Assembly (NCBI GenBank): GCA_964016885.1
Contig: OZ024740.1
Location: 352,098,001-352,162,000, forward strand
Reading direction: 5' to 3'
DNA from: Eledone cirrhosa
Lineage: Eukaryota
Length of the DNA: 64,000 nucleotides
Both the position numbers and the translations under genes were made by a program. Below, one piece after another: positions 12,401-26,757 of the stretch. Every line of letters starts with the position of its first letter. The stretch's first letter is position 1. The notes under the pieces are model-generated. The model saw only the letters and a program-made list of their open reading frames with translations. It did not search any database and had not been told where the DNA came from.

Positions 12401-15400
12401 AACATTGAACAAAGAAGAGGAAAATCTGTTAGCCTCTTTAATGTTGTACCATTCATATTCTCTAACTGCACACCTTGTTAGTTGAGCTAACATCCCCATA
12501 TTAACATAGCAATTGTAAATTATACACTTCCTTTACTAACCAAGTGAGCTGTAAGAGAATATATATAGAGAGAGAGCTCAACATTAAATTGGTTAATAGA
12601 TTTTCTATTCATTTGTTCAACCAAGGAAACACACACCTCACATAAATACACTCAGATGCCTGCCTTGAAGCATATACTTATACAAACATTGTATCAATGT
12701 GTATGTTCTAATAAACATATATCCATTTATCCAGACAATATGAACTGGTAAGGTTTTCTGTATTATTTATGCTATGCATATATTTTTGTAGAGACATATA
12801 TACTTTTGAAAAACAGCAGTCTGACAAACAGGCACAGGGTCTGCAATAGCATAGCAAATACATTACTGTAGATAGTAATTGCTTTACAGAAATATTCTAG
12901 AAAAATATAAAAACATAAATCCATTTATGTGTTCCTATTATGCCAATTGGTGATTTATTACAGATCTATTCACAAATATAGGTTTCTCTTTGAGAAACAA
13001 CCTGTAGATGGCAATAATTCCTATAATTTGTCATGTCTTGTTGCTTTTACTACAAAGAGAACTTTATGCAAAACAAGGTTGCCCTCCAACCCCATTCTCT
13101 GTGTGTGTGTTTGCATGCACATGTGTGTGTGGATAAACTCTCTCTCTCTCTTCTCTAGCAGTCAATATCACTCTCCTTCCTTACTTCTCAATTCACTCTC
13201 TAATTATCACTCACTGTATAGATGTCTGTATATATGTATATACTTATATAAACCAATCGCTTTCTCCTTGTACATATTCTATACACACACACCTGCTTTC
13301 CTCTGTGTGCGTGTGTACTTGTACAACATATCTTTCTTTCACTATCTTTCTATATACGAGTACATACATACATTCACACATTCATTTTTACCCTCTTTCA
13401 CCATCTGCCATTGTTTCTATATATGTGTGTGTGCATGTGTTTGTAAACATACACAAATATATAGGCCAATCTTTTGTGCGCACACACACACACACAAGTG
13501 CACACACACAAGTGCCCGCACATGCTCTCACTCTCTCTCTCTCTCTCTAAAAGGCTAGAAAATGTGTTTAATCAGTCAGCCATGAAAACGATGTCCAGCT
13601 CGGCCAGCATCGTGCAATTTCAACCAGAAAGCTTTGGATTGAGTTAATCTCTTGGTTATGAATCAAGTGAACAACTAACTAATCAAATATACCTTCACAG
13701 TCAGCCAGTTACCAAAGCTACAGAGGGAAGGAAATGTTCACAGAACACTGCTGGTTGTCAAACTAAACAATCACTGACTGCCATCAAAGGAACACATTTA
13801 GAAATAAATACATGAATAAATAAAAACAGTAAAAAAAAATTTTTTTTTTTAAAGTATGTCAATGGAAAATTAAATAAATAAATAATTAAGTAAATAAATA
13901 AATAAATACATTAATAAAATAATATAAATGAAATATAATTTCAATATCAGAAAGTATTCCTACCCTCCACTACCTACCTTATAAACTATAGAATGTTTCA
14001 GTGTTCACAATGAATTGGAATCGTGTAATGAATGACTTAGTTGTATACAACATTGTTATCATCTATCAACGTCATTGTCATCACCACTCTCTCTAGTAGA
14101 ACGACAGGCATTTCTATCAATCAGCTACCATGTCTAATTATACATACATATAATGAATGTGCATGTGTGAGTGTGTCTGTTAAATGTGAGAGAGAGTGAG
14201 TGAGTGAGTGAGTTCTTTTTTTTAATTATTTGAATTCTTCCTGTAAGGAAAGAGCTGATTTCTAACAAAGAAACAACACCCCATTGTTGAAATTAGGAAA
14301 ACAAATATAGCGAGTGTCACATGTTGAACTTTAGAAAAGCATTTCACATTTTTACTGTTCTGCTTACCGATAGTATTTGTAAGGTGTGTGTTAGCTGGGT
14401 TAATTTCTTTGCCTGAAAAATCCTAGGTTTCATGATTGTCACTTAATCCTTATATGATTACTTCTAATGAAATACACTACTTCAATTAATGATGAGGAAT
14501 TTTTAGAGAATCTCTAAAATTATTAATTATTTCATTCCTAAGACAGTAACTTATTATATGGTTCTTATACCAAATTATGTTGGAAGATTTTAATTTGAAC
14601 AGAAACCCTTTAAAGGTGAGTAATTTCGTTTCATTAGAACCAGGGGTGGGTTAGTATTGAAAAAGTTAAGCATTTGTTAACATACCAAAGTTTACCAATA
14701 AATCATCATCATCGTTTAACATCCACTTTCCATGCTACCATGGGTTAGCGGGTTGTCCAATTTGAGGCAAGTTGAATCAGCTGATTGTGACATGCTCATA
14801 TGGAACTGTTTCTGGCTAGATTTCTACAGCTGGATGCCCTTCCTAATGTCAATCATATTTACAGTGTGGGCTGGGTGCTTTTTGATGTGACACCTACACA
14901 ACCACTTTACAGTTTATCAAAGATCAGATTTATTCTTCACCTCACTGAATTGCCTATTTTTAATTTTAATTAGAATTTTTTTTTTTTTTTTTTGCATTAA
15001 TCAATTAAAAAATATTTTAGTTTTAATTTTGAATTGTTCCCTTTTCTTCTAATAGATTTATTCAACCCTTTAACATTTCTATTACTATATATTTACTATT
15101 TTATTTTGATGGTAAAGGCTTTATTTTATATAATTATCTCATATTATATCAAATCTACGAGATTTTGATATTAATTATTTTGAGAACAATACCTTAACAT
15201 CGGTATGAGCAGCCAGTTATGGCTGGTTTGAACATAAAGAGGTGAAAGAATTCTAGCCAAATACAACCAGTTTAAATGCTAAAGTGCTAAATATGGTTCA
15301 GTGCTTACCTATTTTCTATAAAAACCTATTATCATCAATCTCGTTTTTACATCCCTTTTTCATTCTGGCATGGGCTGAATAAGTCTTTTTTAAGCATTTT

Positions 15401-16653
15401 CTCTAGTTAGATGCCCTTCCTGATGCCAACCCATACATTATCATTTATAAGTATGGTATATATCCCTGTTTAACTGCAGTACATATTGTTTGTGAGGGAC
15501 ATAAACATTACATTTGAAGATGCAAACAGTAACACATACACACATAGATATAGGCCATGTATATCTGGTTTACAATTGGTACACTGTATCCCTGCATATC
15601 ATAAGCGACTGAAAGGGTTGGTGCCAGGATTAAACCTTTGTCTCAGATGTCCCATCTAGCCCATACCAGCATGGAAACGTCAATGTAAAAAAGATGATGT
15701 TACACAATGGGATCAAACCAGAAACCATGTGGTTCTGAAATGATCTTCACAGCCATGCCTATACTTTAATCTTAATCAATTACTGTTAGCATGCTTGTCA
15801 CATTAAGTGTGTTAGCGCTTACATCATAGCTTAATATATAACTGCCAGAAATATTACCTACTATATCGTTATATAAACATGGTGAAATTGAGCTATCCTG
15901 TAACTTTATAATACTATAGCTTTCAGAAAGCTGTTACATTAAGTTTCAATGATTTCAACTTATCTATTACTACATTAAAATTCAAAGATAGATATATGAA
16001 TCTGGTAAGAATGCACACATATATCATTAAATTATAATGGCATCAGATGGTTTAACCCTTTGAAATACACTAAGCTCTCAGAAAAATGATTTAAACAAAC
16101 TTCTAGAATAATGCACTACATTAAAACCCAACCATTTTCTCTAGTTTATTTCCTGTTTACCTCCTGCAGTCTTCTTCCATCATTGAAACACACTGATCTT
16201 ATGACTAACATTACAATAAAAAAAATCTCCCAACAATGTTATGAATTATTGAAATATAACTGAAACATGGAGCAGTTTCAACTTGCAGAACAAGCAAATG
16301 AGAGAAACAAGTCACTAAAATGGAGAATTAAAATGAAATGCAGTTGATTTCATAGTATAGATTTGACGATCTTAACGGTTTCTCTGACTAGAGAGTATTA
16401 ACATTGAAAAAGGAAATATTTAAATAGAAGGCAAGAGAATAAATTTAGTTAGAAGAGAGAATTTCAAATGATCTGAAATAATGAAGTAGAAGATCTAAGT
16501 GTTTATATAATTCTGAAAGCATCTAACACAGAAATAGCTTTGGCAATCAAATAGGTTTTAGGCTTCTTATGTTTGAATGTATATATACATATATACATAC
16601 TTACATACTCACACATATGTATGAACACATGCACACACAGTCACACACACATG

Positions 16654-16659
<6 letters not shown>

Positions 16660-16712
<53 letters not shown>
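16660..16712. repeat. (TA)n microsatellite
   Basis: Direct inspection. Confidence 0.95.
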
Positions 16713-16718
<6 letters not shown>

Positions 16719-16821
16719 GCACACAAACACTCACACACATGTATAGAAACACATATACACGTGTACATACAAAGGAAATAGTTTAGTGGTTCTGAAATTG
16801 AACTACTAGTCTTGATATTAA

Positions 16822-17042
16822 CCCTTTAGCATTTACATTACTCTATATTTACTATTATATTTTCACAATAAGGGCTTTATCTTACATAATTATCTCACAT
16901 AATATTGAATCTACAAGATTTTGATGTTATTTATTTTGAGAATAATACCTCAATGTAGGTATGAGCGGCCAGTTGCAGCCGGTTTGAACAGAAAGAGGTG
17001 AGAGAGTTCTGGCTGGATATGGCTGATTTAAATGCTAAAGGG
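16822..17042. mobile_element. piggyBac-like MITE (~220 bp)
   Basis: TIRs ccctttagcattta / taaatgctaaaggg flanked by TTAA on both sides (16818-16821, 17043-17046). Other copies: ~15066-15290, 20944-21110, ~33471-33684, ~40553-40670 (partial), 42970-43186, 62173-62376. Confidence 0.9.
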
Positions 17043-17125
17043 TTAAATCTAATTCAGTAATTTTCATTTTTAGTATTTAAACAATACACTTAATTCTATG
17101 TGCTTCAATTCATTCAACAGTAAAA

Positions 17126-17330
17126 AATAATTGTTTCTACTTTAGGCACAAGGCCAGCAATTACCCAGTGCATTACTGGTACTTTATTTTATCGACCCCG
17201 TAAGGATGAAAGGCAAAGTCAACCTCGGCGGGATTTGAACTAAGATCGTAAAGGGACGTAACTATGCTGGAAAGCATGGCGTCCGACACTCTACCGATAA
17301 TGCCAATCCACAAAAAATAATACCTTCATC
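17126..17330 (-). mobile_element. tRNA-derived SINE (family B) with (ATT)n tail
   Basis: Minus strand: tggattggca.tatcggtagag (A box), agttcaaatcccgcc (B box), central gcctttcatccttacggggtcgataaaataaagtaccag; more than 15 copies or fragments in the window. Confidence 0.9.
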
Positions 17331-17339
17331 TTCGCCCAC

Positions 17340-18000
17340 TTATTTCTGAGAGGGTCACGGGGTCAGAGTCCTCAAACACTCCTTCCAGTAGCTCCTGTCA
17401 GAAGCAACCATCTCCAACTGATCCAGCTGGATCACCAAGCGAGATCAGCCAAGCTCATGGATGTTATCCAACCATCTTGCTTGGACTATAACCCTGGGTC
17501 TCCTGCCAGTTGGTTTTGCCCATAAAATATGTCCAGCGATTCTTTCTTAAGACATTCTAACCACATGTATTGGAGCTGTGATATCTCAATTTGGAGAAGT
17601 AGTGGCTCAACCTAGAGTGACTCTCTGATCTCCAAGCTACTCACTCTATCGAGTAATGTTACTCCAATGACCTTTTGGAGGAACCCCCATTCTAGTTGCT
17701 TATATTCGTGATTGTATTCTTTCAGTCATTACCCAAGATTAATTACCATAGATAAATATTGGCACAAATACCAAATTGAAGATAGTAAGTTTGGCTTTTA
17801 CACCTACCTCTTTTCTGATTACTGAAGCTGGTGCATTATTGCACCAACACCTGCAATTCTTGCACTTAATTCAGCCTCCTGAACACAAACTCGAGATACT
17901 TGAACTTCTTCACCTGTTTCAGTGGAACTCAATTTACATGTAGAATGCACTGTGTAAGCTTCCTTGAGAAGACAAGCATTTAAGTTTTTGCAGCACTGAT
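17340..18000 (-). mobile_element. Degenerate second RTE family (Expander/Rex3-like C-terminus); short 3' copy at ~28318-28478
   Basis: Minus strand reads PTGRRPR..WLDNIHELG*SRL.IQLDQLEMVASDRSYWKECLRTLTP*PSQK*, resembling RTE/Expander ORF ends; 5' boundary uncertain. Confidence 0.7.
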
Positions 18001-18471
18001 TTTCATTCCAGCCATGTAACACTCAACACCAAACCTATCAAATGCGAGACAGAGATTACCTTCTGTTGAGTAACACCAGGAATAATACCAGATCCTCTAA
18101 AACAGTTATCAGTGATAAACTGGCATCCACTCCAGGAGAAGATATATCTCTCATCTTTTTAATGCCAAGAAACTGGCCCTTAAAAACATTTCTGGAATTA
18201 TGTAAGAAACATCTAAAACTCTGTACCCGATATATTTTGTTTCAGCATGACTAGAGTCACATAGTTGAAACCAGTAAAAGAGTAAGTATAATTAACGCTT
18301 TTGATACCAACCTGCCTAAAACTGTCCCTGGTCCTACAAAAAGCCGTTTATATTCATTTAAAAACCTTCCATCATAATTATGCTCCAAACACCAGTTTGA
18401 TAATGAGAAAGTAATATTATTAAATCCCTCCAAATTTTGATCATTTTAAAAATTGTTTGAAAGGTACATTA

Positions 18472-18818
18472 GAAATGTGATAAATGGGTTGAATGACAAA
18501 GTATGGATGAAATGAGAGAAAAACTAGGTATAAGAGGAATCAAATGTAGTGTGCAAGAAAGAAGACTGCAATGGTATGGATATGTGATGCATATCGATGA
18601 TGATTTTTGAATGAAGTGCCAGGAGGTCCCAGTGGAAAGAAGCCGTAGAGAAAGTCTTCCGAAAACTTGAGTAGAAGTGGTAAGAACAGATCTCAAAATG
18701 CTGAACCTGACTGAGAAGATGGTGAAGCAATGTAGTAGGTGGAGGGAAGTTGGGCTGGGAAAAAACCCATCCAACACATACAAGCATGGAAAAGCAAACA
18801 TAAAAATGATGATGATGA
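18472..18818 (+). mobile_element. Degenerate RTE LINE 3' fragment
   Basis: ataagaggaatcaaatgtagtgtgcaagaaagaagactgcaatggtatgga (IRGIKC.VQERRL.WYG), then gcatggaaaa..(gat)n tail. Confidence 0.8.
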
Positions 18819-19929
18819 TTTATGTTGACTATAGTATTACTGCATCTTTCAAGGCTATAGCAGAAATATTATTTAATGTACACAATGGAAAAAAACTGAT
18901 AAAATCCTGGTCAACCATCTTAAAACAGAATACAGAGAACACAAGAATTATCTCCAATAATCATCTCTAATACTACATAGCTTCAGAAAGAAAATAACAG
19001 ATATAGGGACTTAGTGCTCATTTATCAATGAATCTCCATATTCTCTGGCATATATGATGCATTTTTTACCCAAATATTTTATGTAAAAATCTGCTTGAGT
19101 CTTCTATATCAAAAGTATTAATATAATTGTAATATGAATATACACAAGCCAAGTATATATGCAGCTATATATTTAAAAAGGAATGCATACTATAATATAT
19201 TTTAATACCTAATTAATTCAAACCCATGCAAGCGTGGAACATGGACGTTAAACGATGATGATGATGATGATGATTCATATTTTTCTTTTAGACGAAAATA
19301 ACTATTTTCATTGTTTCCTGGTTTCTTTTAAAAAAATTAAACTATAGGTAAGGGATGATGAAAGCATTTGTAAGTAATTGCGGTTTAATGTAGCACACAA
19401 AAATACACATTCTTTAAAGATTTGTTTGAATATTTTTTCCAAGAAAAACCCTTAAATACTACTATACTTTTTTTACAAACATTTTTCTTCAAAATAAGGG
19501 TGTGTCTCATATAGTAATGTCTCTTATTACTCCTAAAACATGGTACATACTTTGTGAACGATAGTGTTATTAGATACAAGTTTCTAACAAGTTATGCATG
19601 AGTTCAGTACATTTAAAATGAGAAGTATAAGGGAGCATCTGTGAAAATTAGGTGGAAAACATATCACAAGGTATTTGAAAGCACCAGATTATTGTTTTTC
19701 TCACTGATATTTACAACTTTTACCAATGTACATAAAAATATATATCATCATCATCATAATCGTCTTCACATTTAATTTTCAATCCTAGCATGGGTTAGAC
19801 AAGACGTTTTGAGGCATGCCCTCCCTGACACCAACTCTCTTAGTTGTCTGTCATATGCAAGGATATGATCGATCTATTCAAAAAAACTGAAATAAGCATG
19901 GGGCATATAAATATGTATATTTATATTTT

Positions 19930-20636
19930 GGCAGGTGGAAAAAGTTGATTAAATTGACCATCCCCAGTGCATTACTGGTACTTTATTTTATCAACTTCGT
20001 AAGGATGAAAGACAAAGCTAACCTCGGTGGGATTTGAACTCAGAATGTAGAGGACCATAACTCAATATCACAAAGCATGCCCAATGCTCTACCAATACTG
20101 CAATCAATAATTGTTTCTACTTTAGGCACAAGGTCAGCGATTTAGCAGGAGGGAAAAGTCAATTAAATTGATCCCCAATCTGCTACTGGTACTTTATTAT
20201 ATCGACCCTGTAAAGATGAAAGGTAAAGCAATATGACCCTTAAAAATAATTGTTTCTACATTTGGCACAAGGCCAGCAATTACCCAGTACGTTACTGGTA
20301 CTTTATTTTATCGACCCTGTAAGGATGAAAGGCAAAATTAACCTCGGCGGGATTTGAACTCAGAACGTAAAGGGAGGTAACTATGCTAGAAAGCATGGCG
20401 TCCAACCTTCTACCGATACTGCCAATTCACTGCCCTTAAAAATAATTGTTTCTACTTTTGGCACAAGGCCAGCAATTACCCAATACATTACTGGTACTTT
20501 ATTCTATCGACCCCGGAAGGATGAAAGGCAAAGTTAACCTCAGCGGGATTTGAACTCAGATCATACAGGGAGGTAACTCTATGCTTCAAAGCATGGCATC
20601 CGACTCTCTACCGATACTGCCAATCCACCGCCCTTA
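19930..20636 (-). mobile_element. Head-to-tail array of four family-B SINEs
   Basis: Units start at ~19930, ~20106, ~20244 and ~20440; junction cccttaaaaataat repeated three times. Confidence 0.85.
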
Positions 20637-20943
20637 AAAATAATAATGATAAATGTTTCATGTTAATTCAGAATAAAATTTAGCTAAGATGGATTTTCAT
20701 CACTTACATAACATTAACTCTTAACATCCTGTAATGGTTTAGCAAAATATATCTAAAACTAGGTTTGTTAATTCAAACACTTATCGAATCTTTACTGGTG
20801 GACAAATTGCTGTAGACAAATTTGTAGTATTAGAGTAAAGACTTTCGTTTTAATGTGATGTAAGTTATAGTGCTACATCCTTTGTACTTTTCAAGAATGC
20901 ATTGCAAATGTGGTTTCGTGTGTTATGGGATGTTAAGAGTTAA

Positions 20944-21110
20944 CCCTTTAGCATTTACATTACTGTATATTCACGGTCAAGACATATCGAATCTATGAGA
21001 TTTTCATATTTATTTTGAGAACAATACTTTAATGTTGGATGAGCAGCTGATTGCAGCCGGTTTGAACAGAAAGGGGTGAGAGAATTCTAGCCAGTTTAAA
21101 TTATAAAGGG
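20944..21110. mobile_element. piggyBac-like MITE, internally deleted
   Basis: TTAA-ccctttagcattta ... taaaggg-TTAA. Confidence 0.85.
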
Positions 21111-21855
21111 TTAAGGAAGAACTATAAACAAATTAGAAAGCCTTGTTTTTCACCTTTGTTCTGAAGACTCAAAGCTACAACAACCAGGGCTTAGATGACA
21201 GTATACAATAGTATTTCGAATAAAACTAAAATATTAAAGAAACAAATAACTCAGAAAGATATGACAATAGGAACTTCTATCATACAACTACTTAATGTCC
21301 CACAAGACATCTAAAATATTGGTATTTGGTATTGACATTTTGAGATAATCGATTGATCAGTCACAGAAGATCCATCAAATATTTGCAGTAAAAGAATAAA
21401 CAAGAGAATGGTGCTAACTACTTGTAGTTTCTACAGCAATACTAACAGACTTATTTAATAATTAACAAAGATATATTTCCCAAAACAATAATCTATTAAA
21501 TAATATAAATAAAGAAACAATAACCTCCACAGAGCTGATTACCATCAGCATGTCCTTACAGGAAGTATATAAAATACAATTGTAACTGGATCTAGCTATA
21601 CTTCTGAATACAATGAATATAAGTGGGACGCTGGTTTAACACTTCCATGAAATGACATGGTTTTCTGGAGGTCAATTGTCCAGCTGTGATATGTGAATGT
21701 CACATGAAAAAAAACTGAAGAAAAAGATAGAAAAAATATCTGGGCATCAGATGCAAAACTTACTTTTACATTCTAACTAGGTTATAGTTTGTACTTGTGA
21801 ATATTGATGCATTTCTGTTACTGCTGTTATTATTATTATTATTATTATTAGTTAT

Positions 21856-22083
21856 AAGGCAATGGATTGGCAGAAACGGTAGAGCATCGGACAACATGCT
21901 TAGTAGCATAGAGTTATGGCCCTTTACATTCTGAGCTCAAATCCCTCCAAGATTAGCTTTGCCTTTCATCCTTATGGGGCGTCGATAAAATAAAGTAGCA
22001 GTAATGCACTGGGGTTGGTTTTATCGACGTTCCCCTTCCCTTCAAATTGCTGGCCTTGTTCCTAAATCAGAAACCATTATTAT
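21856..22083 (+). mobile_element. Family-B SINE next to a (TAT)n tract
   Basis: ggcaatggattggcagaaacggtagag..gcctttcatcct..gtcgataaaataaag..gctggccttg..gaaaccattattatt. Confidence 0.85.
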
Positions 22084-23812
22084 TGGCACAGAGGCACCAA
22101 ATGGTGAACTCTGGTTGAAGGTTAGAAGAAGTGCCAAATGGTTGAAGATTAGAAGCCACTGTTTGCAATAAAAGTGGACATACTTGTGTCCCAAATACTG
22201 AAGTCAAAAGTTTAAATATAATAAGCCTTATAGTTTAAAAATAACGTGTGGCAGGAATTAAACATTTTTGCCAGAAATGTGGCATAAAGGAATTGTAAGT
22301 TTCAGTCCTCAGAACTGCAAATATGCTAAACCCCCACCCTCTCTTTCTCTAATATATATAATATACTAAGTTGTGTTTACAAACTAACTGAAAATGTACT
22401 CAACACAAGAAAGAAAGTTGAGAAAAAGCTAAATAGATAGAGATAAAAATTATAAATTAACAATGTCTGAGAGTGCATTGTATATACATATAAAGAGAGA
22501 GCTCTGTGTGGAAAGAGAGAGTGTGTGTATGTGTGGTGTGTGTGTGTGTGTGGTGTGGGGGGGGGGGGGGGGGTGAAGGTGTTATCAGTAAATGTAGTAA
22601 GTACTAATCTGCTGCAACTATTTTATTTTTGGCTATCATCAATTGAGACAAACAGCAAGAGCTCACATTGCCTTCAAGATGGTTTTGCATTGTGTAAGAA
22701 ATCAATTTAAAACTATGAATAGATTCATCATGAAATAAGATTTCGAAGAAATATGTGCCAAGACAATACAAAGAATACTTACCAGCCTCCCCACACTTCA
22801 CTGAATTTCATCCTTGCTTATACATATCCCCATCCCTCCATTCAGTTTCCATCCCACCTCACTCATTTCACCTCTCCTTAACTCATCTCATTTTATTTCT
22901 CCCGTCCCTCACTTCACTACATTTAACTTCAATCCACTTCATACAACCTCCTCTTTCTTACTGTCAGAAATCTGTCCATAGTACAATGCAGCATAAGAAG
23001 AGGTACAGTGGATGTGTATGTATGTGCAAAATACTTTTCGCCTGGGCAGAATGGCAAGTGTGTGCATGTCTGTGTGTGTATGAGGGGAGGGGGATGATTT
23101 TTACACACCCACAAAATTTTATTATCAACTTCTGTTCTACATGTGTGTCTGTGTGTGTAGAGAAAGAGAATCTGATATCTCTTTCTTCACTTTCTTTTGT
23201 TTGATAAAATGGAAAGAACATATGGGTGGTGTTGGTGGTTTAGCAGACCTCTGATCAAAGACATTCTGGATGCCGTCATATCTACCTCTATCACCTGTTT
23301 ATTCAAATATGAACTATTTTATCCAACATGTCCATTTTCTAAAGCTGATAGTATGTCATTTAATGAGTATTTGGCTGCTATTTCTAGCAATTCAAGTAGA
23401 TTGGCAGAATTCTGATAGCATCAGACAAAATGCTTCTGGTATACTGTTCTAATTCAAAATACTTCTGAGTTCAATTTAGCTCTCCATCCTTCTGCAGGCT
23501 GTTAAAATAAAGAGCAAATCAAGATCTAGAGTCATGTTAATATTCTTATAAAGCATCTTTGATGTGAATTGGAATTATAATAGAAGTGAAAGGGTACAAG
23601 GTTTCCTTGTGGAGATGTGGTTAACAATGTTGAGTGCAGTTCAAGTGGCAGGCTCTTGGCCTCTAGGTCAGAACACACACATTCACAATCTCAACTCTTA
23701 TAAATTCAACCTTACTGACAATGTATCTACACTAAAGGACAGATAAGAAAGAGAGGGAAATTTGCATTTTCTTAAAACTTTTTTGTGAACATATTTCTAA
23801 TGAAATACACTA

Positions 23813-24125
23813 TCATCGTCATCATCATTTTACGCCCATTCTTCCACGCTAGTGGGTTAGACAAGTTGTCCTGTTGTATGCAATGCCAGGTCAGGTTACC
23901 TTGTCTTGCTCATACAGAACTGATTCTGGCTTGACTTCTACAGCTGGATGCCCTTCCTAACACCAACCTCATTTACAGTGAGTACTGGGTACTTTTTACC
24001 ATGACGCCTACACGACCACTCTACAGTGTGAACTGGGTGATTTTTGGTTGTGACACCTACACGACCACTCTATAGTGTGGACTGGGTGATTTTGTTGTGA
24101 CACCTACATGACCACTTTACAGTGG
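23813..24125 (-). mobile_element. Solo RTE 3' UTR with about three copies of the ~48-bp unit
   Basis: Reverse complement matches 32700-32966. Confidence 0.8.
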
Positions 24126-24506
24126 GAAGGAGATTAATTAATGAGGAATTTTCAGGGACTTACAAAATGTTTTGATTATTTCATTACTAGAATAGTAACT
24201 GATATGTTACAAGAATTTAATCTAAAGAGGAACCCTTTAAAATTAATTGTTTTGTTTCATAAAGGCAGTTTTCAGTTGGTTAATAAAGAAAGGGTTAAAG
24301 TGTTGGTGAGCTAAACTACTAGTCATAAATTCCATCTCTATTGCTATTTTGTAGCACCAGAGCAACCTCAATTGAATAAGAGTATGATCGAAAGCATTAT
24401 CATTTTTAGTTTATTCAACACACTGCACCCACAACCACATTATCCAATGTATCTTTCTTTCTTAAAAAGGTCGGATGTATATATTTTCCGTGTGTATTAT
24501 TTTTGT

Positions 24507-24690
24507 GGTGGATTGGCAGTATCGGTAGTGGGTGGGACGCCATGCTTTGCAGCAAAGAGTTACGGCCCTTTATGGTTCAAATCCCGCCGAGGTTAACTTT
24601 GCCTTTCATCCTTACGGGGTCGATAAAATAAAGTACCAGTAATACATTGATTTAATTGCTGGCCTTGTGCCAAAAGTAGAAACAATTATT
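24507..24690 (+). mobile_element. Family-B SINE
   Basis: ggattggcagtatcggtag..ggttcaaatcccgccgagg..gtagaaacaattatt. Confidence 0.9.
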
Positions 24691-26576
24691 TTTATACTAT
24701 CTATAAGAAATGGGAATAGAACTATTTTGACTTATCACACGTTTTTGTTTAATTTAGTCTACATAAAGGTAAAAAGGTTCAGTATGAAAAGGCCTGGTAT
24801 CTGGGTTGTTAATAAGGGGTGGGGAACTGGTTATCCCTCAGTAGTTTTTATGTAGGCTAAGTTACTTAGAGGTATGATCATTGTATAGTTCAGAGTTCTA
24901 TGTGTCAGAATCAGGATTACTAATAAAGCTGTGTGTGAATTAATTTCATAGATGACCTTCTGTCCATCACTGCTCTGCCTTTTGTGACAACCCCTACCAT
25001 GAAAACTGTTTAATACACAGTGACTATTAGTCAGTAGCTCTGCTTGAGTACTGACTCGGTCTGTGATGACCCATTCAACTCTTGCCAGCAGAGAAAACAG
25101 ACGTTTAATAATGGTGATGATGATGACAATGATGACACTTAAGTCACAGGAATACCACCAATATAACAACAAAAGTTATTAGCTACACAACTGACAATAA
25201 ATTGTTGTTTTGGTTCTGAAGATTTTGACATTTTTTCTTGTGGGTTTTTAGACATTTCTTCAACTAGCAGTTTTAAATTTTAATGTAGGTGCAATATCAT
25301 AGAAGCCCTCTCATTGGTTTGCTCTGTTACTGTTATGATCTTGTGCAAAGCGCTTTGGATATACTTAGCCTTTTAAGAAAAAAGGCTACATATCAGCCCA
25401 TCTTTGAAATATATATATAAAAAGAGTAAAAATTTCTTTTATCTACTTTACACTGAAAAAGCCTGAGATAAAACACAGACTCAAAGAATTGTTGTTTGGT
25501 GGTAGAATGTTTTTTGTTTTGTTTTTATTTTTTGTTTTTTTCAGTGCATGCTTACTATATATATATACCTTACTATCTACCACAACTAGATAAGCCAAAT
25601 AAAATGGCTTCTAACTGATTACTTGACACTTAAATATAGTAAAATCTTCCTCAAATCATATCTTACCATCTATAAAAATAAAGATATACTGAAGAATGTA
25701 GTCCCAGATATACTATGTCAGAAAATAGACAGGATAGTCATGGGTGAAACACCTTTAAACACAGGCCTGTTCTAGTTAGCTGACCTAGGGGCTCAACAAA
25801 AACAATTATATAGGGTATATAAATTCTTAAATACTTGTTGTTTTGTTAGATTAGCCTTAGGTTCCCTCTAATCAAGCAAACATATGATCCAGCCAATGAT
25901 CACATTTTTTCAGACAGTGTATCTAAGACAACATTATCACATCTTTCTTTTGTTAGAAGGCAATAGAATGTAATTTGTGAGAGATTTTACTGCTATTTTT
26001 AGCAGATCGAACGACCACATAGAAACTCCAATGTTGGGCGTATAACAGTTATTTTTAATGACCAAACAGCCTTTACCAAAGTACACTTGCATAACAGCTG
26101 CACTGGTAGTTGCACAAGTACACATGATAGTTGGTTGTTACAGCTAATTCAATGCATAGGTCTGTTTAGTGTTAACTAGGCTCAGAGAGGAGAAAGTTGG
26201 GAAATGATACATACAAATATATTTGTAGTAGAATGCAGGAGTGTTATGAACATATTTAGATACTGTTCAGTGATTGGTCAAATAAAAGCATAAGCTGTGA
26301 ATATATTTAGTAGCTCAACATGCCTTGATGGTCTTTAATATTGCAGAAGTTTGTTTAACAGTGTTGGCTAATTTAGGTATTTACATGCACACACTTAAGG
26401 CAAGGTTATTACCACAGTTTAAATTGTTTCTAGCTCCAATCTTCCATGAAATCAAATTTCTCAGTTGGCCTTATTCTTCAATTCACTGATTTATGCTGAA
26501 TATATGTTCGAAGAGATATTTCTTTTTATCTATTTCTTTTTTCCATTTGTATTTTATTATATATATACGCGCCGCG

Positions 26577-26651
26577 CAGTGTCCCCAAAAAATGTATACA
26601 CATATTTATTAGAATGCTGATGAAGAGTGTATACATTTTTGGGACACCCTG
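26577..26651. mobile_element. Very short Tc1/mariner-type MITE (~75 bp)
   Basis: Imperfect ~25-bp TIRs cagtgtccccaaaaaatgtatacac / gtgtatacatttttgggacaccctg; TA TSD not preserved. Confidence 0.6.
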
Positions 26652-26654
<3 letters not shown>

Positions 26655-26705
<51 letters not shown>

Positions 26706-26757
26706 TGTGTGTGTGTGTGTGTGTGTAGGTGTGTGTGTGTGTATATATATATATATA
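26655..26757. repeat. Compound (GA)n(GT)n(TA)n microsatellite
   Basis: Direct inspection. Confidence 0.95.

Noticed and set aside
12158-12499. 113-aa minus-strand ORF in apparently unique DNA
   Set aside because: No recognisable motif or splice signals; length compatible with chance.
19292-19347. Additional AG..GT exon candidates (also 2991-3069 on plus and ~16161-16205 on minus)
   Set aside because: Low-complexity AT-rich content or weak splice sites; cannot be distinguished from chance.
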